DNA of 64,000 nucleotides. Source: Podarcis melisellensis (Eukaryota). The notes beneath the pieces were generated by a model, which was not told the DNA's origin, searched no databases, and worked only from the letters and a program-made list of their open reading frames with translations. Below are positions 12,516-25,554 of the stretch, piece by piece (positions within the stretch are counted from its first letter, which is position 1; the number at the start of each line of letters is the position of its first letter). The stretch lies in the NCBI GenBank assembly GCA_964234715.1, contig OZ174286.1, one strand, 5' to 3'. Made by a program: the position numbers and the translations under genes.

Positions 12516-15084
12516 TGAGGGTTTCAGGCTAGTTGTAGCATCCTGTCAAAGCAATTCACTTCTATTCACTTTCTGTGGACTCGTCTACGAAGAGCAAAAT
12601 TACTATAGATCATCTGCTTTGCCTCTATTATGCTTGCCTAGAATATCCTTAATTTTCCTTGGCCAATGGGAAAACTGCACATTCATTTTTAGGTATCAAG
12701 TGTGAAAACTCAGTGGTTGCTCACCCTATCCCCACATATAGACACAACAAACACAGAAGGTGCCGGGATGTTTATGCTTTTGTTAGGTGTTTTGAATGGA
12801 AAATCTGATGCACAATTAAGTCAGATGCAGGCGATAACATACACATAGTGTGCAATGGTGACTCACTAAAATCACCTATCCTTGTGAGCAAATTAGTGCT
12901 TCAAACATGCAGTTTCAGAATGTGGGCTGGTGAACATATAGGGTATAAGGAGAACCTCATCTGTCTGGTGACCCAGATGTTTATCTCCCCTACCAGCCAA
13001 CTACAAGTTGGATGATAGTGACAAGTAGATAAGTGAAGTAGAATACAAAACTAAATATGTATCCCTTTTTGTTTTTCCTTTTTTGCTATCTTAGCACAAA
13101 GGTGGAATGATAAGCATTCCCAGGTTCATTCCATGGTTTATATAACTAGAACTCAAGCATCTACTGTGCCAAGCAAATAGTGCAACATATTCGTGGAGAG
13201 CCACGCTTGTTATGGGGAATAGAAAATACATTCTCTCAGCAGTTGCCCCAGGCCTAAACACAAAAAAGCAAAAACCCAGGGCCATTAATTCTACTGAGTC
13301 ATGAACTGAGAGTTAGAAATAAATTAAGTATGTATATGGAGGTATTTAATTTGGTAAAGTGTTTCAAAGCACAGACCATATACTTGACAAAAAAAATAAA
13401 TTATTTCGTAGGGAAACAGCAAGAGACAGAGGGAAGAGGACAGAAGCAAATAAAAAACTTCGAGAATGCAAAGCCTGAAATGTAAATCTGTTGTCACAAT
13501 GAAAAATTTAAGCAGGCTGGAAAAATAAATTACCCTACACTCTTTCCAGTTCTTTATAAACACCAGGCTATTTAGTACACAGCAAGAAATTAGTGGGACA
13601 TTATGAATTATAGTTCTAGAGAGCAGTATGCAATTGCCTCAAACGCTGGAGTGCCAACATTCCAAAGGGAAGCAAATAAAAAAAAATAGTTGTGTTTTTC
13701 TAGCGCATCTTTGAAAGAGAGATTTTAAAAAATAAACCACAGGGGCTGAATTCAAGCTGACATGTTTTGCCAGCTGTTGAAGAGAAGAAGTTGAGCAAAC
13801 TGCTTCAAAAGCCATGGGTCACTGCATGTGTCCATCCGCCAATGTCTGTAGTCTTTTAGAGCATGTTTATGGCTAGCCTAGACCCCAAGAACTGTTTTTC
13901 AAGTGAGCTCAGAAGGATTATCTTTCATGTTGAGCCAATATGAACATTACTTTTTTCTGCATCTATTAGACAATCACATGTGCCTCTGCAGAACCATTAA
14001 AAAAATGTAAATCTCAACCACGTCAATCAGAACGGAACCAATTTGCAAACAAAAATGGTTTTCAATAGTATGCAGAAGGGACTGTGGATGACCTCTTTTG
14101 TGTTATAAAAGAATGAATTTTATTTTTGGTCAAGTATCCACTTTGTCTGTATCAGATTTCCTTAGGCTAGCATGGGGAAAAGGCAGGGTGGCAATCACCA
14201 GATGCACAGGATCACTTTATGCGGGGGGGGGGGGCGGGAACATGCAGACATAGCAGTTTTCAGGGCCAAACGAGACCTGATATTAATTGACTGGATGCAA
14301 TTAATGTATATACATGCATGATATATATAAATACATTCGTTCGTTCATTTTATTTGTATGCTGCTTTTCTACACACACAAAATTCATGCTCAAAGCAGCA
14401 AACAAGAAAGAAACAGCAATGCATTAAAAAAATCCTACTACAAAAACAATTTCATAATCATGTTACACACCACCCCATTCTCCACTGAGCGGCTGCATGA
14501 GATTCCAGGGATAGCAGGGGTGCTTACCCAGGGTTAGAGTGTCCTCCAGGAATGAGGCACAGCAGAGGCTATGTGTCTATGTGGTTTATTTATACATATA
14601 TACAACCTGAAGCCTTCAGTGGGGGGGGGGGGAATAGGCTCACCGCAGCCACAAGCTTATTCCATAATAGAAGCATCAGCATCCTTTCTCTGCAGAGGAC
14701 ACCCAAACTTCTGAGCAGCCTAAGTAGAGGCTTTGGAGAAGGCTTTTTTTTGTGAGGATTGTGTCAGGGAGAGAAATTTCTCCCCCACCCCACCCCACCG
14801 AGTCCCAAGACTGCTCAGGTGATGGCCCTTAGCAATACCGAAGAACTCGGGGAGTTACAGGTGCAAATCTATTTTGCCTTTTCACAACAGTGACAACTCT
14901 TTTTAGTATATCAGACCCTTGGAAAACAACTGATGGGACAGAAAACATGGGGTGATTTAAACCCAGTGTTGTTTTAAAAAATTACTTGGCAACGTGAGGC
15001 TCTGCCTTCTAGTCCACCAGATCCCTACACCCGCAGGAATTCCTAAGGTTCTTCCTCTCCACCCCCCTAGTCTAAGGGTTTCAG

Positions 15085-15316
15085 CAACCAGAGATCAGGC
15101 AATCCTCTGTTGCCTTTTTGGCACATGCTGAATACCTTTCTGATCTAACAAGCCTTTTAGAGTAGAGCTCTTTTCCAGTCTGCATCTGTATTGGAACTGG
15201 GTTTTTTAATGGTTCAAATAGGTTTCAAACATGTTTTTAATTGTTTTATTGCTTGTTCTTTGCAGCTCTGGGCTCCTTTGGGAGGAAAGGTGTGATAATT
15301 TGTTGTTGTTGTTGTT
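15085..15316 (+). mobile_element. L2-type LINE 3' end
   Basis: gctctgggctcctttgggaggaaaggtgtgataa followed by (ttg)n, preceded by a T-rich 3' UTR. Confidence 0.6.
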
Positions 15317-15944
15317 CCTGTGGTCTGTAGAAAACAAGGGCAGAATTCCATTCAGAAAACACAAATCAATTACCTCAAACTTCTACAAAAATCTATATAG
15401 GTTTGAAAGCCTTTGTTATACCAGTAAGGGGGTGCAGCTAAAAGCTGACCACACAGCCATAGTATCCTTCTAGAAAGGAATGCTTTGTAGTATCCTTAAA
15501 GGATATGTTTTAAGAAACAGAGGAAGAATTCATATTATATCTGCAAAAGTCAATACACTTTATTGACAAAATGGCTAGTGTATCTTTTTTTAATCTGCCT
15601 GAAATAATCCTTGCAAATCCTTTCAGACAAGTGAGAGATGTGAAAAAGAGGGAGCTCCCCTTTGGGAAATTTTCCTCCCTGCACTACAGTTCCCAGGGTC
15701 CGAATAGATAGATCTCTCCAGGAACCATAATAGTTGCGTGAAAGCAGCTGCAGTTGGCTGCTGGCTCATAGCTGGGGAGGGAGGATCTCCTCCATAATTT
15801 TTCTCTGCCCCCCTCCCTTAAATTTCTTTTACAAATAATTAAATCAACAGGAAATCGTTGGTTTTCTTCTCCGTAAAGGTTATTTTGTCATGCTCTTCTG
15901 GGTGTGTATGTGACAGACAGAGGAAAGGAGGATTTGTTTCAATT

Positions 15945-16025
15945 AGTTTCATAATGTGGTAGGGATTTGAATCCTGGTTTCCCAGGTCCTAGTCCAATGA
16001 AGTCTGACCACTGCACAACACTGAC
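15945..16025 (-). mobile_element. MIR-derived (Squam3-like) SINE head
   Basis: gggatttgaatcctggtttcccaggtcctagtccaa..ccactgcacaacactgactg is the reverse complement of a tRNA-like head. Confidence 0.65.
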
Positions 16026-17010
16026 TGTTTTATTCTTCTTAAAACTGCCCTGGGAACAAAATTGATGGGTGGTATAAAAACATAGAAGAAGGATAAATCC
16101 TGGGTTAACCAGTTCCTGAAGAGGGACTGTGTGTGAGCGCGCACACACACACACAAACAGGCCAAGTGACTGATGCTTGCTTATTACTTGCAAAAGCATA
16201 AAGTTAAACTCAATGGGACTGCATTTGTACCTAAATTATTTATATGTATTCATGCTTACTGGATCAAGGATAAGCTATGCGATGGCTTCGGCAATTCCAT
16301 CACTCAGAGACTAAATGGTTGCTTACAAATGAGCATGATAATGCGATTGCAATAATATGATCAGACACTGAGCATCATAAATGTTCTGCCGGCAGACGCC
16401 GCCACTATGTGGCTCAGAAACATACATAACATTTCCTGCTACTACTATTGCCATTTGCCGCACCACTTTTTATTTGGCATTAGTCAAGGTGAACACCCAG
16501 TCATTAAACATGCAAGAGCCAACATTAAAATTCCTCTTCAGCAGTATCACTTACCAGTAATACCCCAATAAACTTTTCATCTTGATACATGCTCAGTAGC
16601 CAGAGCTTTTTAAAAAAGTAAGCTTGTTGGAGAAATGCACAATGCTATTCAGTGAGTCGTATAAAAATGGCTACTCATTATGCTCAAAATGATAACAAAT
16701 GTGAGCTTTCAAGAAGTTTGTGGCAGTAGTAATAAAACACCAAGAATGAAATTCAGCACTGTCAGGCTGCACAAATTGGACAGATGTTGACTTCAGCCTT
16801 AATCTTATTCCGCACTGGTCTCCCACATCTCCCAAAGAGGTAACAATCTCCTACCCTCATTCTCTTTTATCACTATAGCTTCTTTTAAGTTTGACCCATC
16901 TGTGGTGAAAATTTGTCAACTTTTCGGTGGTTCTGTCCCTGACAATTCTCAAGGTTCCTAAAGTGTTGGATAAAATTTAATTAGCATCAGTATTCTTGGT
17001 GTTGCTGCAA

Positions 17011-17112
17011 TATTTGGATCCCAGTTTCACTTCCTGCCCTCACTCTAACCAGGCATAGTCAATCATGAAGCCAATTTAGAGTGAGGGCAGAAAGTGGGCT
17101 GGGATCCAAATA
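17011..17112. repeat. 102-bp hairpin (probable MITE, TA at both ends)
   Basis: tatttggatcccag..cacttcctgccctcactctaa / ttagagtgagggcagaaagtg..ctgggatccaaata. Confidence 0.75.
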
Positions 17113-17608
17113 CTAACAAGACTAACTTGAGCTCCTGTACCCCTCCCCACATGACTATTTAGGAGGGGGGAAAGCAACTATTCAAAACTAGACTACTTGA
17201 GAAACACCACATCAGTCACAACGGCCTGCACAAACCCCTGCCTATCTACCCACCGCTTTCCTTAGACCAAAGACACCACTACTCAAAGAGTGGATAGGTG
17301 CAATTCAAGTATCCTTGCTCCCAGTAGTGGTTTCTCTGTAATTATATCCACCTGAGAGGAACCCAAAACAACAACTGCCCTCAATACCCATCTCTGAATG
17401 TTTCATGTGCAGACTACCTGTCTCATGCTGTTCTAGGTCCTCTCCCCAGTGGTTGGGCTTTCCACATCCATTCATCTGCCATTAAGGTCCCCCCCCCCCC
17501 GCTTTTTAATCATTATAACATCTTGAAGAATCATACATTACTAGAGGCATATAAACTGAACCACAACATTTGCTTAAAGAGTTAGACTAGCTAAATGCTA
17601 AGTTTACA

Positions 17609-17990
17609 CAGGAACCTGCCTTTTACATAGTCTCACCATTGGTCCATCTATCTGAGAACTCTCTACACCTGGAGCCACCAATGCAGCACCCATGGAATCC
17701 ACAGGGTCTCCTCCCCTTTTTGTAATGTGGCTAGAAGGCAACATTTGCTTATAGTCAACGGATTAGGCTGCAGTGTGCACTTGACCATGAGTATGTGTTT
17801 GTGTGTTCATGTGTGTGATGCCATGTCCATTTGCAAATGTGCCTACAGGCCCAAAATGCTTAGTGGGCCTTGGTCTACACTGACTGGCTATGTCTCTCCA
17901 GCTTTTTGGATACCAGTGTCTCCCAGTCCTACCTGGAGATGCCAGTGATTGCACCTGGGACCATCTGCATTCAAAGCTAGAGTGCTTCCC
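17609..17990 (-). mobile_element. Squam2-like SINE interrupted by a hAT-like insertion
   Basis: Tail (ggaacctgcc..ccattggtccatcta) and head (cctacctggagatgccag..gggaccatctgcattcaaagc) are separated by the insert. Confidence 0.65.
17669..17872. mobile_element. degenerate hAT(Charlie)-like MITE nested in SINE
   Basis: 8-bp TSD ctctacac (17661-17668) / gtctacac (17873-17880). Confidence 0.55.
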
Positions 17991-18093
17991 CAAACAAAAT
18001 AAAATTCATTTTTATTTTTATTTTCTCTTGTTTGCCCCACTTACCTTCCTGTCCCTCATTTATTATTTTTAAAATAAACTATCATTCTGGAAT

Positions 18094-18453
18094 GGGACGC
18101 GGGTGGCACTGTGGATAAAACCTCAGTGCCTAGAACTTGCTGATGTCAGGTCAGCGGTTCGAATCCCCGCGGTGGGGTGCGCTCCTGTCGTTCGGTCCCA
18201 GCGCCTGCCAACCTAGCAGATCGAAAGCACCCCCAGGTGCAAGTAGATAAATAGGGACTGCTTACCACCAGCAAGGTAAACGGCGTTCCGTGTGCTGCGC
18301 TGGCTCGCCAGATGCAGCTTGTCATGCTGGCCACGTGACCCGGAAGTGTCTGCGGACAGTGCTGGCTCCCGGCCTATAGAGTGAGATGAGCGCACAACCC
18401 TAGAGTCTGGCAAGACTGGCCCGTACGGGCAGGGGTTCCTTTACCTTTACCTT
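18094..18453 (+). mobile_element. Sauria SINE (Squam1), full length, CpG-rich and young
   Basis: gggacgcgggtggc head, B box ggttcgaatccc, (ACCTTT)n tail; perfect TSD tatcattctggaat at 18080-18093 and 18454-18467. Confidence 0.95.
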
Positions 18454-18892
18454 TATCATTCTGGAATACTAAAGATTGCCTAACTGTCCTACGTCACTAA
18501 TTAATCTGTCATGAGCCAGGCTGCTCCAGCAACACATTCTTCAGTTTGTGCAAACAGGCAGCAAGAAGAGTTTGGGATGACTTGCGTCTAGCAGTGGCTG
18601 GAGAGAACCCTCTGACAATTGTCCAATGACCAGGATAACAGCCAGACGACTGTGGATGTCCCTGAAATGCATGAGTTTTTAAGCTTGGGAGCTGGGTTGT
18701 GCATTCTTGCCTAAAAGTTGGAGCCACAGGTGGCATTCTCTGCCCTCGGAAGGTGAATGTGCAGAGATGGTTCCGCACCACAGCTATCTTTGTTCTAAAT
18801 GCAGACAGATGAAATGCAGTGCACCACTGAGTGTGCAAGTGGTTCATTGGGCACACCAAACAACAGTGGCTGGAGGAAGTGAGGGTGCAAGC

Positions 18893-19028
18893 AAGCAGAG
18901 CTTTTGGAAACTGGTGTCCAGTTGTTGTTGGACTACATTCCCCATCTTCCCTTTAGCCACACTCGCTGGGGGTGATAAAGGTTACAGTCCAACAGTCTCT
19001 CTGGGGACTCTTGGGTGGGGAAGGCTGA
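18893..19028. mobile_element. palindromic MITE, family A copy
   Basis: tccagttgttgttggactacattcccatc..ggttacagtccaacagtctctgg. Confidence 0.55.
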
Positions 19029-19396
19029 ACTCAACTAAGAGTAACAAGAAGCCTGACATGTTGCCCGCCTTCCCAAGCTGTCCCCTCCTTTGCACCCTGC
19101 AGCAAATCTTTCACATCAAACCACAGAACTTCAATCTAACAGGCAACCAATTTAATTGCTTTGCTGTATAGAAGAACAAGGGACAAATTCTTTTTAAGGC
19201 CGTTTTAGCAGCAACAATAGTAATCTGAGACACAACTAAGGAGAAGGTCAGCAGGAGAAATTAAAAAATACAAGAGGCCAACAGCCTGTGTTGTCCTTCT
19301 TGAGGAAAGAGCCCTGTTTTGTTTCCCCCTCCTGAAAAACTGTAACAACTTGCACTGCTACTGCAACTAGCTGGAGTTTCAAATATGACCATGTAA

Positions 19397-19398
<2 letters not shown>

Positions 19399-19442
<44 letters not shown>
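19399..19442. repeat. (GT)n microsatellite
   Basis: Directly visible. Confidence 0.97.
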
Positions 19443-19443
<1 letters not shown>

Positions 19444-22239
19444 TTTTAAATAGAAGCAAGTTGAAACTCTGGGAAACTCAGCAAGGCATCCAGAGTTCAA
19501 CCGCTTGGCTAGACCTCTCTGATGTCTGGCAATCAAGTGCATGCTTTTCCATCTAATTCTTCAATTGCCTTCTGTGTTATGCTGCAGCCATGCCAGAAAC
19601 ACAGCGAGAACATATCCTCTTGCACCATCTCAATTTACTCGATGTATACCTCAGCAGAGAGAACATTTAAAGGGGGGTGAGGAGGAGAAATCATTCATTG
19701 GTTTCAAGACTAGTTTTCAAGGCTGATTCCACAATAAAGCTGGAAATAGGTCTCCCACTATCCAGGAGTCCACATTTTGCACTACCCTCCATTCAAAACA
19801 AATGAGTGTTCCTATCAAGAACAAGGGTGAGGAATCTCTTGCACTCTCAAAAGCATTGGGTGACCAGGTCTGGAACACACTATCAAGCCCCTTGAATCTC
19901 CAATATCCCTGTTGTGCCCTGCCATCATTTAACCTCAGTGCTCAGCTGCATTTAGTAGGGAAAATAAAAGGACTGTGGTGGATGGGCATGCCTGTGACAT
20001 CTTACACTTTTATCTAAAGAAGCAGGATCACCTCTCCTTATTAAGACGGTTTGGCACTGCTAACCAGAGTTAATTCTAAGACTTCTAGACATCTCCCCTT
20101 GCCTCCCGTCTTGAGTGTTACTTTAATTTAATTTAACTTAACCCAAGAACCTGTATTCAGCACAAGGATTCAGCCCCATCATTTGCATAGTAACAAAAAG
20201 GAGCACCTCTGAATGAGTGCAGAGGGCATTTTACAAACCATTACTATGAGCTAGTTCTCATGTCTAATGGGTGTACAGTGACTCCTTGAAAGCACTGCAC
20301 TATTCCTAGTTAGGATCAGCCAAATGTAAACAGAGGCCACCATGCTCAATATTTTGGAGACTCTTTTTTTAAAAAAAATCAAACAAAACCCAATGGCACA
20401 ACAACAACAACACCCTACAACCCCACAGTCTGGTCTGCATGGAATGATAATGCCAAAAGCTCAATCATAAATGGACAAGGGTCATTCCACACTACAATTT
20501 CATAGGCCACCACACACTTCAAAGGTGCTGAGTGTTGGCTCAAAAGGGTTACAGCAAACCATAAAACATCTACAACCAGGGGGCAGAAAATATGGATTTT
20601 TATCCATGCCTAATGCTTAGCAGCACCTATTTGTTTTCTAGAATTAATCACTCCTTCTGGATATTCTAAGGCTACTTTTAAACTGTTTTCCATCTCAAGC
20701 TATGCTGACATCAATAATTCTTCCTTTGGCACAAAGATTTATGGGTCAGTTTGTTAACCTAGCAACTCAAAATTATACACACCACCTGAAATGTATTTCC
20801 TACCAAAAAAACCAGTGCAAATGAAACTAGTTTCATAAGATGAAGTTTTTTATACTGAGAACAGAAAGACACGATTTTCTGGTGGTAACAAAATGGATAC
20901 ATTTATTAAACAAATTAAAATAACTTATGAGAACAACAAAGGCAGTGTTTTTTGTTTAGCCATCATTCACATAATATCCTTCCATCTTCAGGAAATGTAT
21001 GTTTAGAAGAAAAGAGAAAATACTAATCTTCATTGAAACATTCATCAATGGCCACAGTCTGTTTGCTTGTATCCAACAAGGCACATATTTTATTTAATAT
21101 CTCTACATTTAGATGGTCTGCTTTTTGTATTAATCTCAACGTGAAGCACATAGTTTCATGCAAATTCAGATCAAGCCATTCTTTTGAAATGTTTACAGTG
21201 CTTAATGGAAATAAAGACGTGCAAAACACGAAGAATTTTTTTAAAAAAGGACACTTCCCAAGCCATTAACAGGTTTCCTGATACAGAGAACAATGTTTTT
21301 TATTTCTGGCTGAAGGTGGCCCATTATATCTGTTCTCCTATTTATGTCCACTTTCCCCATAAACAGCTGGAAATGAGTAGCAGTGGTGGCTATTTAGGAA
21401 AAAGCTAACAAAAAGCAGGAAGTAATGCCCCCAAACGGCATGTTATAGCAGCTAGAAGCAGTGAATACAGCACAACTCCCAAGAAGTTAATGGGATCTCA
21501 TTACTACACACAAATTAGTCTATGCTGTCTGTTTTAACTTCTAGTTCACCTAGCATCCGTTTAGTGGAAATACCCCGTGAAACATAACACTTGTGAAAAG
21601 TACTGCTAGGCTACTATCTTACTTACTGAAATCAGTGGGAGTTAATGAGTCTAATCTAAACATTACCAGGCTATTACAATTAGTTATCTGTAAGAAAATT
21701 AATTAGCTTTTCAACAGAGTTTTAATTTTTCAAATGAAACACTTCCCACATTATAGCTTAAATTATAAAACTTAGAAAAAGATGGCTTCAGCTGTCTTGG
21801 TGACATCATAAAAAGTTTAAGAGACCAGTCAGAATGGGCTGCCTCATGAAAATATAATGCAGAGCCATACATCTGTCAAAAAATCATACTGACAGTTTGC
21901 CACCTTACATCATACCAACTTTTGGTGTTGCCCATTGGCTAATAGGGCTATTTGCACCTCTGCATGAATTACAAACTGCAGCATGTGGTTTTGCCCTTTT
22001 CAGCAAAATCGTCAATTAGCAGCAAGGCAACTAAGATAAACACAATTAGAGGCGCCAATATTAGTTGTTCGCCCCAACAAACAGATAATAGATATTGCTG
22101 CTACCTGCAAATGCTGAACCTTACAACCAATAATCACTTCCAACCATATTTCTGTGACCCTTAAGCTGCCCATGACAGAGACCAACATCCACAGCCCCAC
22201 CTCTATCCAGCTCCCCTCCTGCATGATGCAATTGATAAG

Positions 22240-22412
22240 GAGGGTAGTGGCAGATGCCTTTTGCACACAAAGTCCTGGGGTTGAATCCTTGGCATCTTTT
22301 GGGACAGTTGAAAAGCATTCCTGTCTGAAACTCTTGAGAGTCACTGCCACAATATGAAGCTACGTGGACCAATGTTTTGACCTGGTAAAAGGCAGCTTCC
22401 TATTGTGTCCTA
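22240..22412 (+). mobile_element. Squam2-like SINE
   Basis: ggttgaatccttggcatc..cctgtctgaaactcttgagagtcactgcca..aggcagcttcctattgtgtccta. Confidence 0.65.
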
Positions 22413-23739
22413 ATATCCAGGGGAAGCTATGCAATTATTTGTACATGGCCAGTGTATTTATTTTCTCAGCAACTTCTCTCCTCACCATGTGGCAACTGAT
22501 TTTTCGCAACTTGGAATGGGCAAACACAGCTTGCAAAAGAGTGTTGGTGCCATTTATAGAAAACGATCTGGTGTCATTCATAGAAAAGAATTTGGAAGTC
22601 CCACTGGGAACCATCTGTTGAGTATGGCTCAAAGAGCTCTATAGATTGTAGTCAATACATTAACAGTTCCAATGTAAGTTTCCACTATACCTTGTGCTTG
22701 TAGCAATTGGTAGTTGTTCCTTAGACTGTTACACTATGACTAATTCTCAATTACTTTTATGAAGAGCATTTTCTCTCACGTGTTCTTAATAGAGATACAT
22801 TTTTTTCTCACAATTAAACTGTAGTTCCTGACACATTTTTTTTGAAAACAGGCCTCGAGGCTGACCTCCTGTGGAGTACTTACTCCTACTCATTAATTAG
22901 TTTAAGTAAAGATTTAAATAGCACAGTTTATACAGTTTATACACTCACTTACAAGGTAATCTAATTTGGAGCTATGCAGTGATTATCAAAGAGGCAGCAG
23001 TTTTATTCAATTACTCACACAAACATAGTTCTGTTTTCTTCTACTATACAGTAACCTCTGGACTGTAACCAACCTGGCCATTTTTAATAAATTATGTCAT
23101 GACACGTGGCATGGCATTCACATTTGAAAATGAATGTTCCAGTCAAACTGCCCTCACAATGCATTTTTAATGGCTTATTAAGACTACAGGACAGCACAAT
23201 ACCTTTACGGGGGGAATATGCTGAACAGCCCTAGAAAACAGCACAGTACACTATAACCGGAAAACTTGCTTATCTGCATCAAACAGGTATACAGAATAAT
23301 ATTGTACATGGAGTGGTTAACCGCTGCCACACCACCCATTGCAAAACATATTTTAGTGATGTGTAGGAAACTGGACAAAAGATGACCTATTTTTCAATCC
23401 CCAAAAGTAATTAAATCAAGGTTAAAAGCACTCAGCTGCTTTAATTAGGGAAGATGGTAGCTGCTGTGAGCTTTCAGCAATATGAACAAAATGGATTTCC
23501 TTATTCCCATAATTAGAGTAGCATAATGGTCTTCCTATATTGAGAAACATGTTATGTCCAAGAAGATCAGTTTAAGGAAAGATCTGGGATTTATCTTGCA
23601 TTACTATTTATTTTTGTTATAGCCACTGTTTGTTCTACTCAGAGTAGAGCAACGTAAACTGATGGCCATGACTAACTTAGCTTCATTGTTTTCAATGAGT
23701 CTACTCTAAGTAGAACTTAGTTGGATACAACCTGTCATT

Positions 23740-24240
23740 TAAAAACAATGTATAGCTTGCTTTTCTCTTTCAAAACTGAGTCACTTGAAGTGGCTTACAA
23801 ATAGTAAAAAAGCTAACATTCAAAATAACAAGAATTCATTGTTACAACACAATTACTAGACTAAAAGCAGCAGCAACTCAATGTCAAAAGTACCAATAAA
23901 GATTTAATTAAGCAACAAAATCAAAAGCTTGTTTTTGGAGGGGGGTTTTAAGCCTTCAATTGCTCAACACAAATAACAAGAAAACCTAACTTCTTGGGGC
24001 AGAGAATTCCACGGATAGAGCACTACCACATAGGAGGCCTTTTATGTGTTCCCACCAACCATGCCTCAGCAGTCATATTTAAGAGGGCGGCAGCATCTGA
24101 CCTTTAAGGGCAGGCAGATTTGCAAAGGAGAAGACGGCCAAAAGTAACTTGATCTCAAGTTGTTTAAGGCTATAAAGGCAAAAACCAGGTCCTTGAATCA
24201 CACTTGGGAATGGACTGGAAATCCTTCAACAGATTTTCCA
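23740..24240 (-). mobile_element. old L2-type LINE 3' fragment
   Basis: gggcagagaattccac..taggaggcc..ttgtttaaggctataaaggcaaaaaccaggtccttgaat resembles the antisense of an L2 ORF2 end. Confidence 0.5.
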
Positions 24241-24977
24241 GAAGCCACGTTGGTCTAGGGGAGTCACCTGGCAAAAAGATTATCACTGGAGAGTATGGAG
24301 TAATAAGAAGGAATCAAAATGGAAGATAATTCAGTCCTGTTTGAAAAATATCAATATAATATAACATCTTCTTTTAGGTGTTGCTGCAATCATAAATCCA
24401 ACTGTGTCAAAATATTGATCTATTTTTAAAACTGTAAAATGAATAATGATTTCAGATAAAATGCAGGCACACATTTTTATTTGAATAACCAGAGTAATCT
24501 CCTTTTAAAAATTAATACAGCACACCAAAAATTATGCACCGTACATAATTTTAAAATAAGATAAGACTATAAAGCAGAAGGCAGGGCCCAATATATGAGG
24601 AAGAGAAGAAAGGAAATAAGACTCAAAAGGAAGAGGAAACAGAGGGATTAGATGATGAGATTTTAAGTAAACAAACAGACCTTCAGAACAGTGCATTCAA
24701 TGCACTTTATCCAATATTATACCACTACAGTATTTTTTAGCCAAAAGTAAAAGGAGAGTAGATTCTCACTCTAATGAAAAAAGACAAAAAGTACTGCTCA
24801 CTTCACATTAGGACAAAATGGATTCAATTTTGCCAAGCTCCATAAAGAAAGCAGGATAAGCAAATTTCACTAATGAAGTCTGTAGTTGGACACATCAAAC
24901 ATACTGGGGACAATATTTATTTCTGCTTAATCTTCCAGAGGAACTGCACTGTTAGTCTGGTACAGAAAAAACTACAA

Positions 24978-25120
24978 GTCTTGTGGCACCTTAAAAAGAC
25001 TAAAAGGCTCATTTGTGTCAACAGCTTCCATGGCTGTCGTCATGCATCTTTTGAAGGCTTCTCTGGTCCATGAACGTTTATGCCACAAAGAACCTGTTAG
25101 TCTTTAAGGTGTCACAAGAC
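24978..25120. mobile_element. inverted pair of Penelope-like terminal sequences
   Basis: gtcttgtggcaccttaaaaagactaa ... ttagtctttaaggtgtcacaagac; same motif class as gtagcaccttaaagaccaac in the 46297 element. Confidence 0.6.
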
Positions 25121-25138
25121 ACAGGTTGTTGTGTTTTC

Positions 25139-25323
25139 TAGGAACATAGAAAACTGCCTTATACTGAGCCAGACTATTGATCCATCTGGCTCAGCCTCAT
25201 CTACATTGACTGGTAGCCCAGGGTTTCCAACAGTTGACTTTCCCAGCCCAACCTGGAGACACCAGGACTTAACCCAGGACCTTTGCTATGAAGAGTAGGT
25301 TCTACCACTGAACTGTGGCCCTT
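25139..25323 (-). mobile_element. Squam2-like SINE, full length
   Basis: taggaacatagaaaactgccttatactgag..cctggagacaccagg..ctaccactgaactgtggccc. Confidence 0.72.
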
Positions 25324-25473
25324 CTAGATCCGGGAAAGGGAAACTTTTTAAACCTGAGGGCAAACCTCTGGGATTTGATGGGCAGGGTTAGGAAAGAGTG
25401 GTCTGAGCAATGGATGTGATTCTCCCTTGGAACAATAAACTATATTCCTCCCACACACAAAACTGAAGGCTTG

Positions 25474-25478
<5 letters not shown>

Positions 25479-25552
<74 letters not shown>
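25479..25552. repeat. compound (CT)n(CA)n microsatellite
   Basis: Directly visible. Confidence 0.97.

Positions 25553-25554
<2 letters not shown>

Noticed and set aside
18509-19171. ORFs of 116 and 154 aa
   Set aside because: No recognisable homology; the longer one runs through a MITE; no splice support
21023-21229. Minus-strand ORF with protein-like composition (..EWLDLNLHETM..DECFNED)
   Set aside because: No convincing in-frame acceptor or ATG start, and no recognisable family
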